Shown piece after piece: positions 35,253 through 45,811 of a DNA stretch of 64,000 nt. The stretch's first letter is position 1. The number at the start of each line of letters is the position of its first letter. The translations under genes were made by a program, and so were the position numbers. Source of the DNA: a virus (Duplodnaviria > Caudoviricetes); IMG/VR virus record IMGVR_UViG_3300027210_000001, positions 17,322 through 81,321 of that record; one strand, 5' to 3'. The notes beneath the pieces are model-generated. The model was not told the origin of the DNA. It saw only the letters and a program-made list of their open reading frames with translations, and did not search any database.

Positions 35253-36340
35253 CCTGTATTGTTACCGTCGCATTCCCAACGGCGCAGCCAATTTTTGCGG
35301 CTGTATTTTACATCTTTGCCACGTGCAGCCGAATTGCTGACGTACCCACCGTTTACCATATTTGCCTCGCCGTTTGGGTCGTTGTGCACAAAGTAATCAG
35401 CAGAGAAACCAACGCAGCAAGTCCAGTGCCCGCCACCAGTAGGGTAGTTTACATTGCCCTGGTGCAGCCAACCAACAGCTACGGGCCTGCCATTGCGAAT
35501 CTCATTTTCCAATAATGCGGCATTGCCGTTTGTAAGAAAAGTTGGCTTGAGTCCCAGGGATCGCAACGCTGCTAACTGGGCGTCTTTATCAGTAGTGTCT
35601 CCGTACTTGGCACGGATTTTATTGTACTCATCATCCGACTTAACCAAACCGTAATAAGCTGCGATCATTGCACAACTTGATGAAAAACATTCGCGGTATC
35701 CCGTGCCAGATTGATTGTCAAGTTGATAGAAGTAAGGTACAGACAGAGTTTTGGCAGTTGTTAAATCCGTTGCATTGACGCCTGGCGTACCAAGCTGTCG
35801 ATCCATGATCTGAATTAATTTTGTTGCGTAGCCGGGATCTGTAGCGTATCCTTCGGCAACCAACAAATTGGCACAGCTATTCCTACTTGTGGCACGGTTA
35901 ACACCTTTGTATGTGCCGTAGTCTTTATACCAGCGATCAACTAAGTAACAAGTGCAGGTATAGAGATCTGGAAAGTCAATAAACCTGGCTTTTATTGTTA
36001 CCCATTGACCGTTAATGAATTCTTGAGTATTAACCGTTGTGCCAGATCCTTTAAGGCCGTAGTAGTTGTGTGTGCCTGAAGTATTTTTACCCCAGTTTGA
36101 TTCGAGCGCCCATTGGGCAGTAACACATTCAGGGTATTTTGCACCAGCATCTTTTCCTGCTTTCATGACACCTTCCCAAGTATTGGGGTAAGTGACTACA
36201 GGTTTTGGCTCGGTGCGATACTTAGTAGCAAAAGACTCCAGGGCCTCAGAAGGAATCTGAGCCTGGAGCCAATTCCACGCATCGATTTGATGGGGCTCTT
36301 CTTTGAAATAACGTGCCGCGTCAACAAGTTTAATAGACAT
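35228..36340 (-). CDS. endolysin: glucosaminidase (GH73-like) + C39-like peptidase
   Basis: AQWALESNWG...HNYYGLKG; CFSSSC...GWLH...GGGHWTC...HNDP. Confidence 0.85.
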   Translation of the reverse strand: MSIKLVDAARYFKEEPHQIDAWNWLQAQIPSEALESFATKYRTEPKPVVTYPNTWEGVMKAGKDAGAKYPECVTAQWALESNWGKNTSGTHNYYGLKGSGTTVNTQEFINGQWVTIKARFIDFPDLYTCTCYLVDRWYKDYGTYKGVNRATSRNSCANLLVAEGYATDPGYATKLIQIMDRQLGTPGVNATDLTTAKTLSVPYFYQLDNQSGTGYRECFSSSCAMIAAYYGLVKSDDEYNKIRAKYGDTTDKDAQLAALRSLGLKPTFLTNGNAALLENEIRNGRPVAVGWLHQGNVNYPTGGGHWTCCVGFSADYFVHNDPNGEANMVNGGYVSNSAARGKDVKYSRKNWLRRWECDGNNTGWAITVAK

Positions 36341-36382
36341 CGACCTAGAGCTTTTTATCAACTCTAAGTCAGGTGTACCGAA

Positions 36383-36559
36383 TCACTCGACGACTTCGGT
36401 CTCAGTAGTTTCTACGGGCTCTTCCGGTTCAAACTCAATAGTTTCAAGGAGTTGGCCAACTAAGTTGCCAGCAAAAGCAATAAGGTTACCGTCACCAGTA
36501 ACACGTGCAGAGCTAAAGGAATTAATGGCAGAGACAAGTTCAGACTTTTTGCAGGTCAT
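36383..36559 (-). CDS. hypothetical protein
   Basis: Likely start MTCKKS. Confidence 0.65.
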   Translation of the reverse strand: MTCKKSELVSAINSFSSARVTGDGNLIAFAGNLVGQLLETIEFEPEEPVETTETEVVE

Positions 36560-36594
36560 TTTAAACAAGTGACTTTACAAAGTATAACAAAAAA

Positions 36595-36918
36595 TCACCA
36601 AGGAGTACCAGTTGCGGAGGTAGGGTTTACCTTCTGTTGAATTTGATTGTGAAGTGCTTCTTCAATGGAAACAACTTGATCAATACCAAGGGCAGCAAGA
36701 GTCCAGTTCACTACTTCTTCTTTAGTCAATTCGCTGAACGGAGTAAAGTTTTTAGCCCCAGGTTCACCAAGGCCAACGCTGCCATAGGCACTGGCAGTTT
36801 CACCGTCTTCTTCCAGGGAAGCAGTCCAATGTACGGTGTAAATAGCACCATCAGGACAAGTTTCCCCATCAGGAAGACGACGCTCCAGTTGAGCAATATC
36901 CCAGGTAGTGTTAGCCAT
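36595..36918 (-). CDS. tail-fibre-associated small protein
   Basis: FTPFSELTKEEVVNW motif; follows the fibre gene. Confidence 0.7.
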   Translation of the reverse strand: MANTTWDIAQLERRLPDGETCPDGAIYTVHWTASLEEDGETASAYGSVGLGEPGAKNFTPFSELTKEEVVNWTLAALGIDQVVSIEEALHNQIQQKVNPTSATGTPW

Positions 36919-36963
36919 GGTAAATGTTTTTTCTTATTCTAGTCCTAGACACACAGGAGGCTA

Positions 36964-39900
36964 TTAACTTAAACGATAGCTGGTAAAAGTATTAGCGGCC
37001 GTACGGCGTGTAGCAAAACGTCCTGACGTACCAGTAGCAACAGAACCAGAACCAACAACAGTGTGAGCAGTACCAGCCAACACACGCACCAAGCTGGGAC
37101 CTGTGTTGATGACGCTCCACTCAAAGGTGAAGTTGTCATAGGTGCTACTAAAACCAGCTTGAGTGTCGGTGCCAGTGGGCAGCGTCATGTCGGTTGCTAG
37201 TGCTGACGTACTGGTGATAATGCCTGCTTTAAGGTTTGCGATTGTCAACGTTGCAGTTGCATTGACAGCAGCAGGAGCTGGCTGGTTGCGTGCAATTACA
37301 CCATCGCTTGCAATACGGAAACGCTCAGAGGGACTTGATGCTCCAGATGCAGTGGTACTAAAGATTAACCGCCCTGGCATCACACCAGAAGCAACAGTAC
37401 CGTCTACTTCCGCATTGACAGAAGCAGCTTCAACCATTGCAGTGCCATCAGTGCCTTCAAACAGAATGGCACCGAGAGCGTCATTGGTGACGACTGCTGT
37501 TGCACCAGACAGCGATCCAGAACGAGACTTGCCCAAAACCAAATAGGGTTGAGAAGAACCTGCTTCGTTGCGAATAATAGAGAATGAGGAGGCCGCTGCC
37601 GATAAGCCCTCCAGTTGAAGCTGAGGAATCATCGTTGTACTTGAAACGTCGACAGTTCTGGCACTAGATGTTCCCACTAGCATTCTGCCGCTGGAGTCGA
37701 TGCGGGCTACTTCTGAAGGCCCTTGATTAAAAACAATTGGAGGAGTACTTGCGGCAGCATTGATAGTTAGCGTACCGGCGTGCCCTAAACGCATCGCCTC
37801 GTACATTGTGTTGCCAGTTGTAGCAACGTTATGTGTAAAAAATGCGAGGCCGCACTGGTCTTCATCGGCTGATGTCTGAACAACGCCAATAGCAGCGCCA
37901 GGTCGGAGCAGGCTGTTAATCTTTGTAAAACCTATTGATGCTCCATAGTTATTTTCTCCTACTGTACCTTGGCTGCTTAAGTATAAAGTTGTAGAGCCAG
38001 GGGCGTCGCTAGTGTTAAACGTTGACGAGCTTTTGATAGTTAAATTGCCATAAGCGTCAGCGTTGTTAATTGTTATCTGTCCTGCACTGGTAATCCTCAT
38101 CCGCTCCGTCGGAGAAGCGCCCGGCGTCGTACTGGTCGTGCTGAAAATAAGGCGACCTGGCATGACAGTAGCGCCGGGGGTGCCGTCCACATGAGCAGAA
38201 ATTTCTGCTGCTTGTTGCAGTTGAGTGCCATCCGCCCCTTGAAATTGAATACGTCCAAGGTCATCATTCTGGATAACCGCAGTCATCGATCCTGCAACTG
38301 TTCCTCTGCTCTTGCCGTATCCAATAACAGGGCCGCCAGTGTTGGCTGAATTACGCGCAAGGCCAAACGAAGCCTGCGATACATCTAGCCCTTCAAGTTG
38401 AAGACGAGGTGTAATTAGTGCATTGTTAAAGTTACGCGCAGTAGAAGTCCCCACCAACAACCTGCCAGAGCTGTCGATGCGGGCGTATTCGGACCAAACT
38501 CCAGCAACATCTTTGCCAAAAATAGTCGAAAAGTTTCCATTTACGGCAATAGCAGCATTGCTAGTATCATCGCTGCCAAGTAGCAATGCCCTAGTACTAT
38601 TGTTTTGGCGAGTGATCCCAATGCCCCAAGAAGGTTGTCCGGTCGTCGTATGGTTATTACGAAACCTTGCAATACCCTCTCCTGCCCCCGATTGAGTTCC
38701 TTCTACATGTAACAAGGTGGCAGGACTCGCGGTGCCAATCCCCACCTTTCCATCGGCAGTGATGTTTAAACGCGCAGTGGGAGTGTCGCCAGTGTCTGCA
38801 GTACTGAGCGTTAATGCGCCTGCACCAACAATCTCTCCATTGGTTGTTAAGTTTTGTGCAATGTTAACATTGCCATTAATGTTGGTAGTACCAGTGAGAT
38901 CAATGGTGGCGCTGGGAATAGTGTATTGGTATACAGTGTCGTTGGTGGTCCCGATAATGTAAAACTTAGTGCCGTCGGGTTTAACAAACAAACCATTGGG
39001 CCCAGTCTCTTGAGCTGCAACACTAAATACGGTTACAAACGATGAGGTGGTAACGTCCCAAGGGGTAGTTAAATTGTAGATATTTACATCATCTCCAGTG
39101 GATCCCATAATAAACATGCGGGAACCATCAGCGGTAAAGCTAATTGCATTTACGCTCGTTTCTTGCGCTAAAACACTAAAAGAACCAGATACTACTGCTG
39201 TTGAGACATTCCAGGCAGTGCCTAATGTGTACTGATAAACAGTATCATTTGCGCTGCCTAATACGTATAAAAGCAGGCCGTCAGGCTTTAAAAATACTCC
39301 ATTAGGCGAAATGTCTTGCGTGCCAACTGCAAATGAAATGCTGTCGTAAGATGCGCTTGCAATACTCCAGGGGGTACTTAACGAGTATTGATAAACAGCA
39401 TCATTTGTGCCGCCCATAATGTAAAGCTTTTTCCCGTCATTCCTGAAGTACAAATCCTGCGGACTTGTATCCTGCCCCGACACGGAAAATACAGTGCTAT
39501 AGACAGCCGAAGAAACAAGCCAGGGAGTGGCAAGGTTGTATTCATTAACGTCATCGCCAGTACTTCCAACGACATACATCTTGCGTCCATCTGGACTAAA
39601 GAAAATACCCGTTGGGCTAGTCTCTTCTGTTGCCACAGAGAACGACACGCTGTCGTAGCTGGCATTGGCCAGATCAACGTTGCTGACAATGGTGTTGCCA
39701 GCAATATGAGCGGTCGCAGCAGGTGCGGTTGTGGCAACACCCACTCGACCAGCACTGGTAATACGCAACCGTTCAACGGGAGTCGTGTCGCCATCGGGGG
39801 TCGTGCTCAGTACGATCCGACCTGGCATGCTATCGGCAGCAGCTACGCCATCTATTACCCCTGTAATTAAAGCTGCTGCAACAAATTCGCTGCCATCGTT

Positions 39901-42573
39901 CCCTTGAAATGAAACGCCTCCAACAGTATCGCCCTTCAGGACTAGAACATTGGTGCTAATGGCTCCTCTACTGCGGCCAAGAAACAGGCTCGGGTATGGA
40001 TTGGAGGCAGTCGTGGAACCGTTTGCAATTAAAGCAAGGGAGGAGAAAGATCTTGAAGTTGCCTCTACTTGAACCTGAGGGGAAATAGTGATGTTGTCAA
40101 AATTAGCTCGCGCAAGAGTCGAACCAACTAAGAGCTTGCCACTGGAATCGATGCGAGCTACTTCACTAGCGCCAATATTTGCAATAAAAGGAGCAGTGGA
40201 TGCATCGGAAGTGAGAGTGGTAGTGCCAGTAGCGCCAATGACAATTCTTTCAAGGGCGTTTGTCCTTAATGCAAGCGGATGATTTGTAGTAGTGCCAAAT
40301 GAAATGCCATTACCAGAAACGATGCCTTTGTTGATCGATGCACGTACTAATGCGTCTGGCCGTGCAAAAGCAACAATTTCTTCGACGGCTGTGTTGTTGG
40401 AACCAGAACGCACGTCAAGTGTTACTCCAGGAGTCCAAGTGCCAATGCTGGTGCCAATCCCTACGTTGCCTGCGGAGGTAATACGCAAACGCTCGGTAGT
40501 GCCAGTGCTAAACGCAATGTTGTCAACAGTGCGTGCGCCAGTGGTGCGTGTGACGTTTAACCATGCAGCTGCTGCGTTAAACGCATCGTTGATGCCTTCA
40601 AAACGAAGAATGCTTCCTTCCGCACGAATGCGCCAATATTTTTCATCAGTGCCAGCGTCTGTCTCTTCGAGAAGAACTGCAGGAGTCGTAGAGGCAATAT
40701 GAAGATCATCTTGAGGTACTGCCTTGCCAATGCCCACAAATCCAAAAGGGTCAACAAACAGCCTGCCAGTGCCACTTGTTGTTATTGCTAGTTGATTTGC
40801 ACCAGGAGAGTACACCCCTGTATCAGCGTCTCCAAGAATAGAAATTGAGGGATTAGCGGCTGTACCGGATGCAAATACACCTGACGTGGCGATGTAAGTA
40901 CCACCACTAAAGCTGACAAAGTTGCCGCTAGTGAAGTTTGCCGTGGTGCCAGTAACAGTAACGCCAGTGATGGTTGTGAAACTTGCGGTTACGCCAGTAG
41001 CAGTTGTAAAGTTTGCTGTGTCAGCAGTAATGTTTGTAAACTGCCCACTTGTACCAGTAACCGTGATACCGCTGATTGTGCCTGTTACGGAAACACCAGA
41101 ACCAAAGTAACCAGAGCCTACAACTGTTAAGTTACCGGAGACCGTTGTATTGGTAAAACTTAAGTTAACCGCTTGAAGAGTATTAAATACACCTGTGGTT
41201 GCATTGACAGTTGTACCCGTAATTGTGGTACCGGTCAACGAAGTAAACGTACCGGTTGCACCCGTAACAGTTGTGCTAATTACGGTGGTCCCGGAAACAC
41301 TTGTTGTAAATACGCCTACAATTCCAGTGAGGTTTGTAAACGCACCCGTATCACCAGTGACGGTTGTTCCAGATACACGGACAAAGTTACCAGTGCCAGC
41401 AGTTAAACCAGAGGCTTGAACACTGTCTCCTGTAATAGTTGCACCAGAAAGATCTGTAGTGAATACACCAGACACACCGCTGATGGTTGTAAATTGTGCA
41501 GTGGTTCCGGTTACGGTTACACCTGAGATACGACTGGTAAACACACCAGTCACACCTGTGATGCTAGTAGCGGTAACAATATCTCCAGTGACAGTAGCGC
41601 CAGATAAATTGGTATATACGCCAGATACTCCAGTAATTACTGTAAACCGCCCAGCGTCACCAGTAATTACAGCACCTGAAAGAAACTGAGTGAATACGCC
41701 AGAAATGCCGCTTACGTTTCCAAATGAGCCTGTGTTTCCGGTAACAAGTGCTCCTGAAACCCTAGTCGTAAAGGTACCTGTTGCACCTGTAATAGAAGTA
41801 GCTCGTACAGCGGTACCTGTAATAGTTGTGCCAGAAAGAGTTGTTGTGAATATACCAGTAACACCGGTAACAGTAGTAAATCTTGCCGCAGTACCTGTCA
41901 CTGTTGTGCCAGATAACGTACCTGTTACTTGAACAGTCGAAGTAAATTGTGCAGTCCCGCTTACCGTTAAGCCGCTAGCAACGGAAAGGTTTCCGCTAAT
42001 GTTAAGAACAGGTGTAGAAAGAGTTTGGAATGCACCAGTAGTAGCGGCTACGGTTGTGCCGGTAATTGTGGCGCCGCTTAAATTTACAAACGTCCCAGAG
42101 GTGAAAGAGCCTTGCTCGCCGGTAATTGTTGCGCCCGACAGGGATTGATACTGACCACTGGTAAATAACGCTGTAGTGCCGGTTGCAGTGGTTGTAGTAA
42201 CAGTAGTTGCATTGACGTTGACGCCTTGCAGGTTAGTACCTGTAATCGTGGCGCCACTTACGGTGCCACTAACTACGGCATTATTTTGGACAACAATGCC
42301 ACTGAATGTGCTGAGACCAGAAGAAAGAATTGTACCAAAGCTACCAAGTCCAGAAACGGTTAGGTTCCCAGAGATGGCAATGTTGCCACTAAAGGTAGTG
42401 CCACTAGTAGAGGCGTAGTAGATGTTTAAATAATCTTTAAACTGCTCAAATGTAATCTTCTTATTGCGTAGCGTAGGGTCCACTTCAAAAACATGGACCA
42501 ACGTAAGAAGGTCCTGTTCGTTAATGTCGAGCCCGTTGATGGCCGGGAACTCCGTGATCCTTCTATTTGCCAC
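36964..42573 (-). CDS. long tail fibre / receptor-binding protein (1869 aa)
   Basis: MANRRITEF anchor, 25-26-aa SG.T.TG repeats, repeated ER.RI.S.G.VGIGT fibre modules, five ~51-aa propeller-like blades. Confidence 0.9.
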   Translation of the reverse strand: MANRRITEFPAINGLDINEQDLLTLVHVFEVDPTLRNKKITFEQFKDYLNIYYASTSGTTFSGNIAISGNLTVSGLGSFGTILSSGLSTFSGIVVQNNAVVSGTVSGATITGTNLQGVNVNATTVTTTTATGTTALFTSGQYQSLSGATITGEQGSFTSGTFVNLSGATITGTTVAATTGAFQTLSTPVLNISGNLSVASGLTVSGTAQFTSTVQVTGTLSGTTVTGTAARFTTVTGVTGIFTTTLSGTTITGTAVRATSITGATGTFTTRVSGALVTGNTGSFGNVSGISGVFTQFLSGAVITGDAGRFTVITGVSGVYTNLSGATVTGDIVTATSITGVTGVFTSRISGVTVTGTTAQFTTISGVSGVFTTDLSGATITGDSVQASGLTAGTGNFVRVSGTTVTGDTGAFTNLTGIVGVFTTSVSGTTVISTTVTGATGTFTSLTGTTITGTTVNATTGVFNTLQAVNLSFTNTTVSGNLTVVGSGYFGSGVSVTGTISGITVTGTSGQFTNITADTANFTTATGVTASFTTITGVTVTGTTANFTSGNFVSFSGGTYIATSGVFASGTAANPSISILGDADTGVYSPGANQLAITTSGTGRLFVDPFGFVGIGKAVPQDDLHIASTTPAVLLEETDAGTDEKYWRIRAEGSILRFEGINDAFNAAAAWLNVTRTTGARTVDNIAFSTGTTERLRITSAGNVGIGTSIGTWTPGVTLDVRSGSNNTAVEEIVAFARPDALVRASINKGIVSGNGISFGTTTNHPLALRTNALERIVIGATGTTTLTSDASTAPFIANIGASEVARIDSSGKLLVGSTLARANFDNITISPQVQVEATSRSFSSLALIANGSTTASNPYPSLFLGRSRGAISTNVLVLKGDTVGGVSFQGNDGSEFVAAALITGVIDGVAAADSMPGRIVLSTTPDGDTTPVERLRITSAGRVGVATTAPAATAHIAGNTIVSNVDLANASYDSVSFSVATEETSPTGIFFSPDGRKMYVVGSTGDDVNEYNLATPWLVSSAVYSTVFSVSGQDTSPQDLYFRNDGKKLYIMGGTNDAVYQYSLSTPWSIASASYDSISFAVGTQDISPNGVFLKPDGLLLYVLGSANDTVYQYTLGTAWNVSTAVVSGSFSVLAQETSVNAISFTADGSRMFIMGSTGDDVNIYNLTTPWDVTTSSFVTVFSVAAQETGPNGLFVKPDGTKFYIIGTTNDTVYQYTIPSATIDLTGTTNINGNVNIAQNLTTNGEIVGAGALTLSTADTGDTPTARLNITADGKVGIGTASPATLLHVEGTQSGAGEGIARFRNNHTTTGQPSWGIGITRQNNSTRALLLGSDDTSNAAIAVNGNFSTIFGKDVAGVWSEYARIDSSGRLLVGTSTARNFNNALITPRLQLEGLDVSQASFGLARNSANTGGPVIGYGKSRGTVAGSMTAVIQNDDLGRIQFQGADGTQLQQAAEISAHVDGTPGATVMPGRLIFSTTSTTPGASPTERMRITSAGQITINNADAYGNLTIKSSSTFNTSDAPGSTTLYLSSQGTVGENNYGASIGFTKINSLLRPGAAIGVVQTSADEDQCGLAFFTHNVATTGNTMYEAMRLGHAGTLTINAAASTPPIVFNQGPSEVARIDSSGRMLVGTSSARTVDVSSTTMIPQLQLEGLSAAASSFSIIRNEAGSSQPYLVLGKSRSGSLSGATAVVTNDALGAILFEGTDGTAMVEAASVNAEVDGTVASGVMPGRLIFSTTASGASSPSERFRIASDGVIARNQPAPAAVNATATLTIANLKAGIITSTSALATDMTLPTGTDTQAGFSSTYDNFTFEWSVINTGPSLVRVLAGTAHTVVGSGSVATGTSGRFATRRTAANTFTSYRLS

Positions 42574-42621
42574 CTGCTATTGTTGCGATATATCTATGTT
42601 TTCAATTATAGAGCCTTTTAT

Positions 42622-42936
42622 TCAACGCACCTTTACTTCGATGCGGGGAAGTAAATTAGACACGGTGTTCCAGCCAACTTGAATTCCTGTCACAATTCCA
42701 CAGGAAAGCAAGATTACCAACAGCAGTTCGGCAACTGTCAAATTGCGACGTACATAAACCACTTGAGGTTGCTGCTGGGGCTGTTGCGACAGCGCAGCAC
42801 GTTGTGCCATGGTCTGCTGGATGGCCCGCTCACGGGCAATAGCCTTCATTTCCTCCAGTTGTTCAGGTGTGATCTGGGGACTTGCGGGTGGCTGTACCGG
42901 TACTTGACTAGGTGAAACTTGTTCTTCCATTGTCAC
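42622..42936 (-). CDS. single-TM protein with Gln/Pro-rich N-terminus
   Basis: LTVAELLLVILLSCGIVTGIQVGW hydrophobic helix. Confidence 0.75.
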   Translation of the reverse strand: MTMEEQVSPSQVPVQPPASPQITPEQLEEMKAIARERAIQQTMAQRAALSQQPQQQPQVVYVRRNLTVAELLLVILLSCGIVTGIQVGWNTVSNLLPRIEVKVR

Positions 42937-42983
42937 AGATGGTTTTCCTGACAGACTAACATATAAACAGAACGCCTGTTGCT

Positions 42984-43394
42984 ATGAGTTACGGAATTAG
43001 AAAAGGGCTTGAAGATGTTGCGCAAGAGCTAAAAGGAATTCGAAATATCCTTGCTTCCATGTGGCATAGCCGTTATTCAAACGGAGAAACGGACGCTTTA
43101 TGTCCTGATGCTTATGCAGATGAATATATTTCGACCGAAGAATGTGGTAGACGTCTTGGGGTATCTGACCAGACGGTGCGGAATTGGATTGCAATCGGAA
43201 GGAAAGAACCTGACAAAGGCTGGGTAGAAGGCATTCATTACGTCAATGTTTCCCCTGGCACCCACCGCAAAGCAGTACTGCGGATCCCTTGGAATCAACT
43301 GGTTCAGTCCTTTGCCAAAAACCGAGACCTTGTACCAAGTGATCTGCGAAGTAGGCCACACATGTACAAGTCGACCAACCAGTTTCTTGAGTGA
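42984..43394 (+). CDS. excisionase/MerR-like HTH protein
   Basis: YISTEECGRRLGVSDQTVRNWI. Confidence 0.8.
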   Translation: MSYGIRKGLEDVAQELKGIRNILASMWHSRYSNGETDALCPDAYADEYISTEECGRRLGVSDQTVRNWIAIGRKEPDKGWVEGIHYVNVSPGTHRKAVLRIPWNQLVQSFAKNRDLVPSDLRSRPHMYKSTNQFLE

Positions 43395-43873
43395 TGGCAC
43401 ATCGATTTCAAATTGTGGATATCGATGAAGTCACCATCGATAATTACCAGGAGACATTACCTGAGTCACTGGCCAACCAAGTGGAAATGTTTCTGCCACC
43501 CAGTGGCTCATTTGATGATGGGTGCCTGCGTCGATACCTTGAAAACTTAAAAAAATACGAAGAGGAAGACGCCAATTCAAATATGACCCTGGCAAATCGA
43601 TTGCGGCTTGTGTTCCAAGATTTACAGCCCGATACGATCTGTGGTAAATTCCCACAAGCAGAATTACCTTTGAAGAGACGCCTTCGCTGCGTTGCTGAGT
43701 ATCTGATTCGCTCAGGTGAATTTAACAAGGTACGAGACAACACAGGGCGCCTTGTTAAAAAACGCGGTATCCTTGGCAAGTTGGTTGTGTTGTACCAACC
43801 CACCAAAAAACTCTTAGAATCTTTACAACGCCAGGGGCTACTAGAGAAATGTCAAGTCGACGCGAAAAACTGA
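43391..43873 (+). CDS. hypothetical protein
   Basis: 160-aa coupled ORF. Confidence 0.8.
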   Translation: MMAHRFQIVDIDEVTIDNYQETLPESLANQVEMFLPPSGSFDDGCLRRYLENLKKYEEEDANSNMTLANRLRLVFQDLQPDTICGKFPQAELPLKRRLRCVAEYLIRSGEFNKVRDNTGRLVKKRGILGKLVVLYQPTKKLLESLQRQGLLEKCQVDAKN

Positions 43874-44241
43874 TTGCTTCTGTCATCGGTCCAGAGATGG
43901 ACGATACCAAGGCCAAAGTACTTGAAGGCACTTTGAAGCTGATTCTTGGCGACATGGGCCAGCACTACTGCAAGATGTGGGAAATTGAGGGGCCAGGCGT
44001 CATGGTCTTCCAGCCCCAAAACAAAGAGCGTTCGATGTTCTTTATGACACTTAAAGAGTTGCATTCTGCACAAGAGCAGTGTGAACGTGAGAATGACGGA
44101 GACCTTGCCGAAACATTCCGGCGTGTTCTTGGGGCGGCGCAAAAAATTGATCCGCTAGAAAAAGCTGGTTACCTCATCAATGATCACGAGGGCATGCGTT
44201 ATCTAGAAATTGATTACAACAAGGTGAACGAAAAGAAATGA
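43849..44241 (+). CDS. hypothetical protein
   Basis: 130-aa coupled ORF. Confidence 0.8.
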   Translation: MSSRREKLIASVIGPEMDDTKAKVLEGTLKLILGDMGQHYCKMWEIEGPGVMVFQPQNKERSMFFMTLKELHSAQEQCERENDGDLAETFRRVLGAAQKIDPLEKAGYLINDHEGMRYLEIDYNKVNEKK

Positions 44242-44831
44242 GTGACGGTGTTCGGAAGGTCAAATCTAAAGCCGAGGAAATTGAGTGGATTACCAGCTCT
44301 GACCTTGTGTGTGCAGCTAATGAGCTGATGGGCGGCATCGACTTAGACGTAGCAAGTTCCAGGATTGCTAATGAGTACGTGCAGGCCAAACAGTTTTACA
44401 CGCCGTCAGACGATGCGTTAAATACGCAACTCTGGTATGGGAACGTGTATTTGTTTCCGCCAGCCGGTGCCTACTTCTGGGATAAAAAGAATGAAAAGTG
44501 GAAGATGACCAGAGCTTCGGCCCTGTCGTTAACCTCGTCCCATGCCGTATGGTTTCGACGCCTATACCACGAATGGTTATCGGGTGAGGTAAAGCAAGGT
44601 CTTTATTTCAGCAACTGCCCTGACATGATTCGTTACGAGCCTAAGATCTTCAAATTTCCCATGTGTATTTTGAAGACAATACCAAAGCTCAATCGCCATC
44701 GACAAGGAAAGATTGAAGCTGCCACAACGTGCACTTCTTTTCTTGTGTACCTGCCTCCCATGGACTCCTCAGGTAAAGCGACCGAAAGGTTTATAGACAT
44801 TTACTCGGAACGTGGGCATATCCTTTCTTGA
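44238..44831 (+). CDS. phage Dam-like DNA methyltransferase homolog with altered catalytic motif
   Basis: IDLDVAS...FYTPSDDAL..W.GNVYLFPPAG; FPPA where NPPY is expected. Confidence 0.65.
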   Translation: MSDGVRKVKSKAEEIEWITSSDLVCAANELMGGIDLDVASSRIANEYVQAKQFYTPSDDALNTQLWYGNVYLFPPAGAYFWDKKNEKWKMTRASALSLTSSHAVWFRRLYHEWLSGEVKQGLYFSNCPDMIRYEPKIFKFPMCILKTIPKLNRHRQGKIEAATTCTSFLVYLPPMDSSGKATERFIDIYSERGHILS

Positions 44832-44864
44832 ACCGGGTATACTGAAAGACGATTACAGGAAACC

Positions 44865-45452
44865 ATGAGCGTCCTTGCCGACTGGGAGATCAAGCAACTT
44901 GCCGAAGAAAAGGGGATGATTGAACCCTTTGTTGATCACCTAGTTAACAAGGAAAACGGACGCAAGCTCCTTAGTTATGGTCTTAGCTCATACGGCTATG
45001 ACATCAGGCTTTCCCCTGGTCAATGCTTGATTTTTGGTAAGGTCCAGGCTGGGGACTGTGATCCAAAGAACTTTGATCCTGACATCCTCAAACCTGCAGA
45101 TCTCCTGGAAGACGAACGTGGTCAGTACTTCCTGCTCCCTCCGTACGGCTACTGTCTGGGCGTTGCACAAGAACGTCTGAAGCTGCCACGTGATGTCACT
45201 GTGGTTGCAGTGGGCAAATCTACGTACGCCCGCTCAGGTATCCTGGTCAACATCACGCCTGCTGAAAGCGGCTGGGAAGGTTACCTGACGCTAGAAATCA
45301 GCAACTGCACCGGACTGTTTAATCGCATCTACGCGAACGAGGGGATCACTCAACTTCTCTTCTACCGGGGCAACCCTTGCGAGGTTAGCTACCAGGACCG
45401 GAAGGGCAAGTATCAAGATCAACCACATAACGTGGTGTTCTCTCAGGTTTAA
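44865..45452 (+). CDS. dcd: dCTP deaminase
   Basis: SYGLSSYGYD, GKSTYARSG, PAESGWEGYLTLE, YQDRKGKYQDQ. Confidence 0.95.
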   Translation: MSVLADWEIKQLAEEKGMIEPFVDHLVNKENGRKLLSYGLSSYGYDIRLSPGQCLIFGKVQAGDCDPKNFDPDILKPADLLEDERGQYFLLPPYGYCLGVAQERLKLPRDVTVVAVGKSTYARSGILVNITPAESGWEGYLTLEISNCTGLFNRIYANEGITQLLFYRGNPCEVSYQDRKGKYQDQPHNVVFSQV

Positions 45453-45775
45453 AACGCCTTGCCAAATTGGGACTGTGGTTTACGAGAATATGCCGTACTA
45501 CCTACAGTCCCATAGGCATCGCCATCTTCATTAAAAACGGTAGGTTCAGCAATTTGAGACCTTTGTTGGTATGCACCAGCAGTTTTTGCTGCCCGCATAA
45601 ATTTTTCAACACGGTCTTGTTTGCTGTTGACCGAAGCTGCGGCTGAACGCTCCTGTGGTTCAACACGTCGCATATCTGTGTCATACGCTTGCTCCGGCCT
45701 TAGATCCGATACTTCGGCGCCTGAAGTTCCAGAGTTAACACCTGGATCGTATGTAGGTCTATAAGTGTTTGCCAT
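45449..45775 (-). CDS. hypothetical protein (probably leaderless)
   Basis: TACAAT 6 nt before the ATG. Confidence 0.75.
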   Translation of the reverse strand: MANTYRPTYDPGVNSGTSGAEVSDLRPEQAYDTDMRRVEPQERSAAASVNSKQDRVEKFMRAAKTAGAYQQRSQIAEPTVFNEDGDAYGTVGSTAYSRKPQSQFGKAF

Positions 45776-45811
45776 CTTATCATTGTAAGAGAAGTAAATC
45801 GCTTAAACACC

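Noticed and set aside
41173-42418. The Thr-rich repeats as an ice-binding solenoid
   Set aside because: The periodicity and context fit an ordinary fibre shaft; there is no regular TxT ladder.
36964-42573. A diversity-generating retroelement acting on the fibre
   Set aside because: There is no reverse transcriptase or template/variable repeat pair with adenine-specific mismatches in the window.
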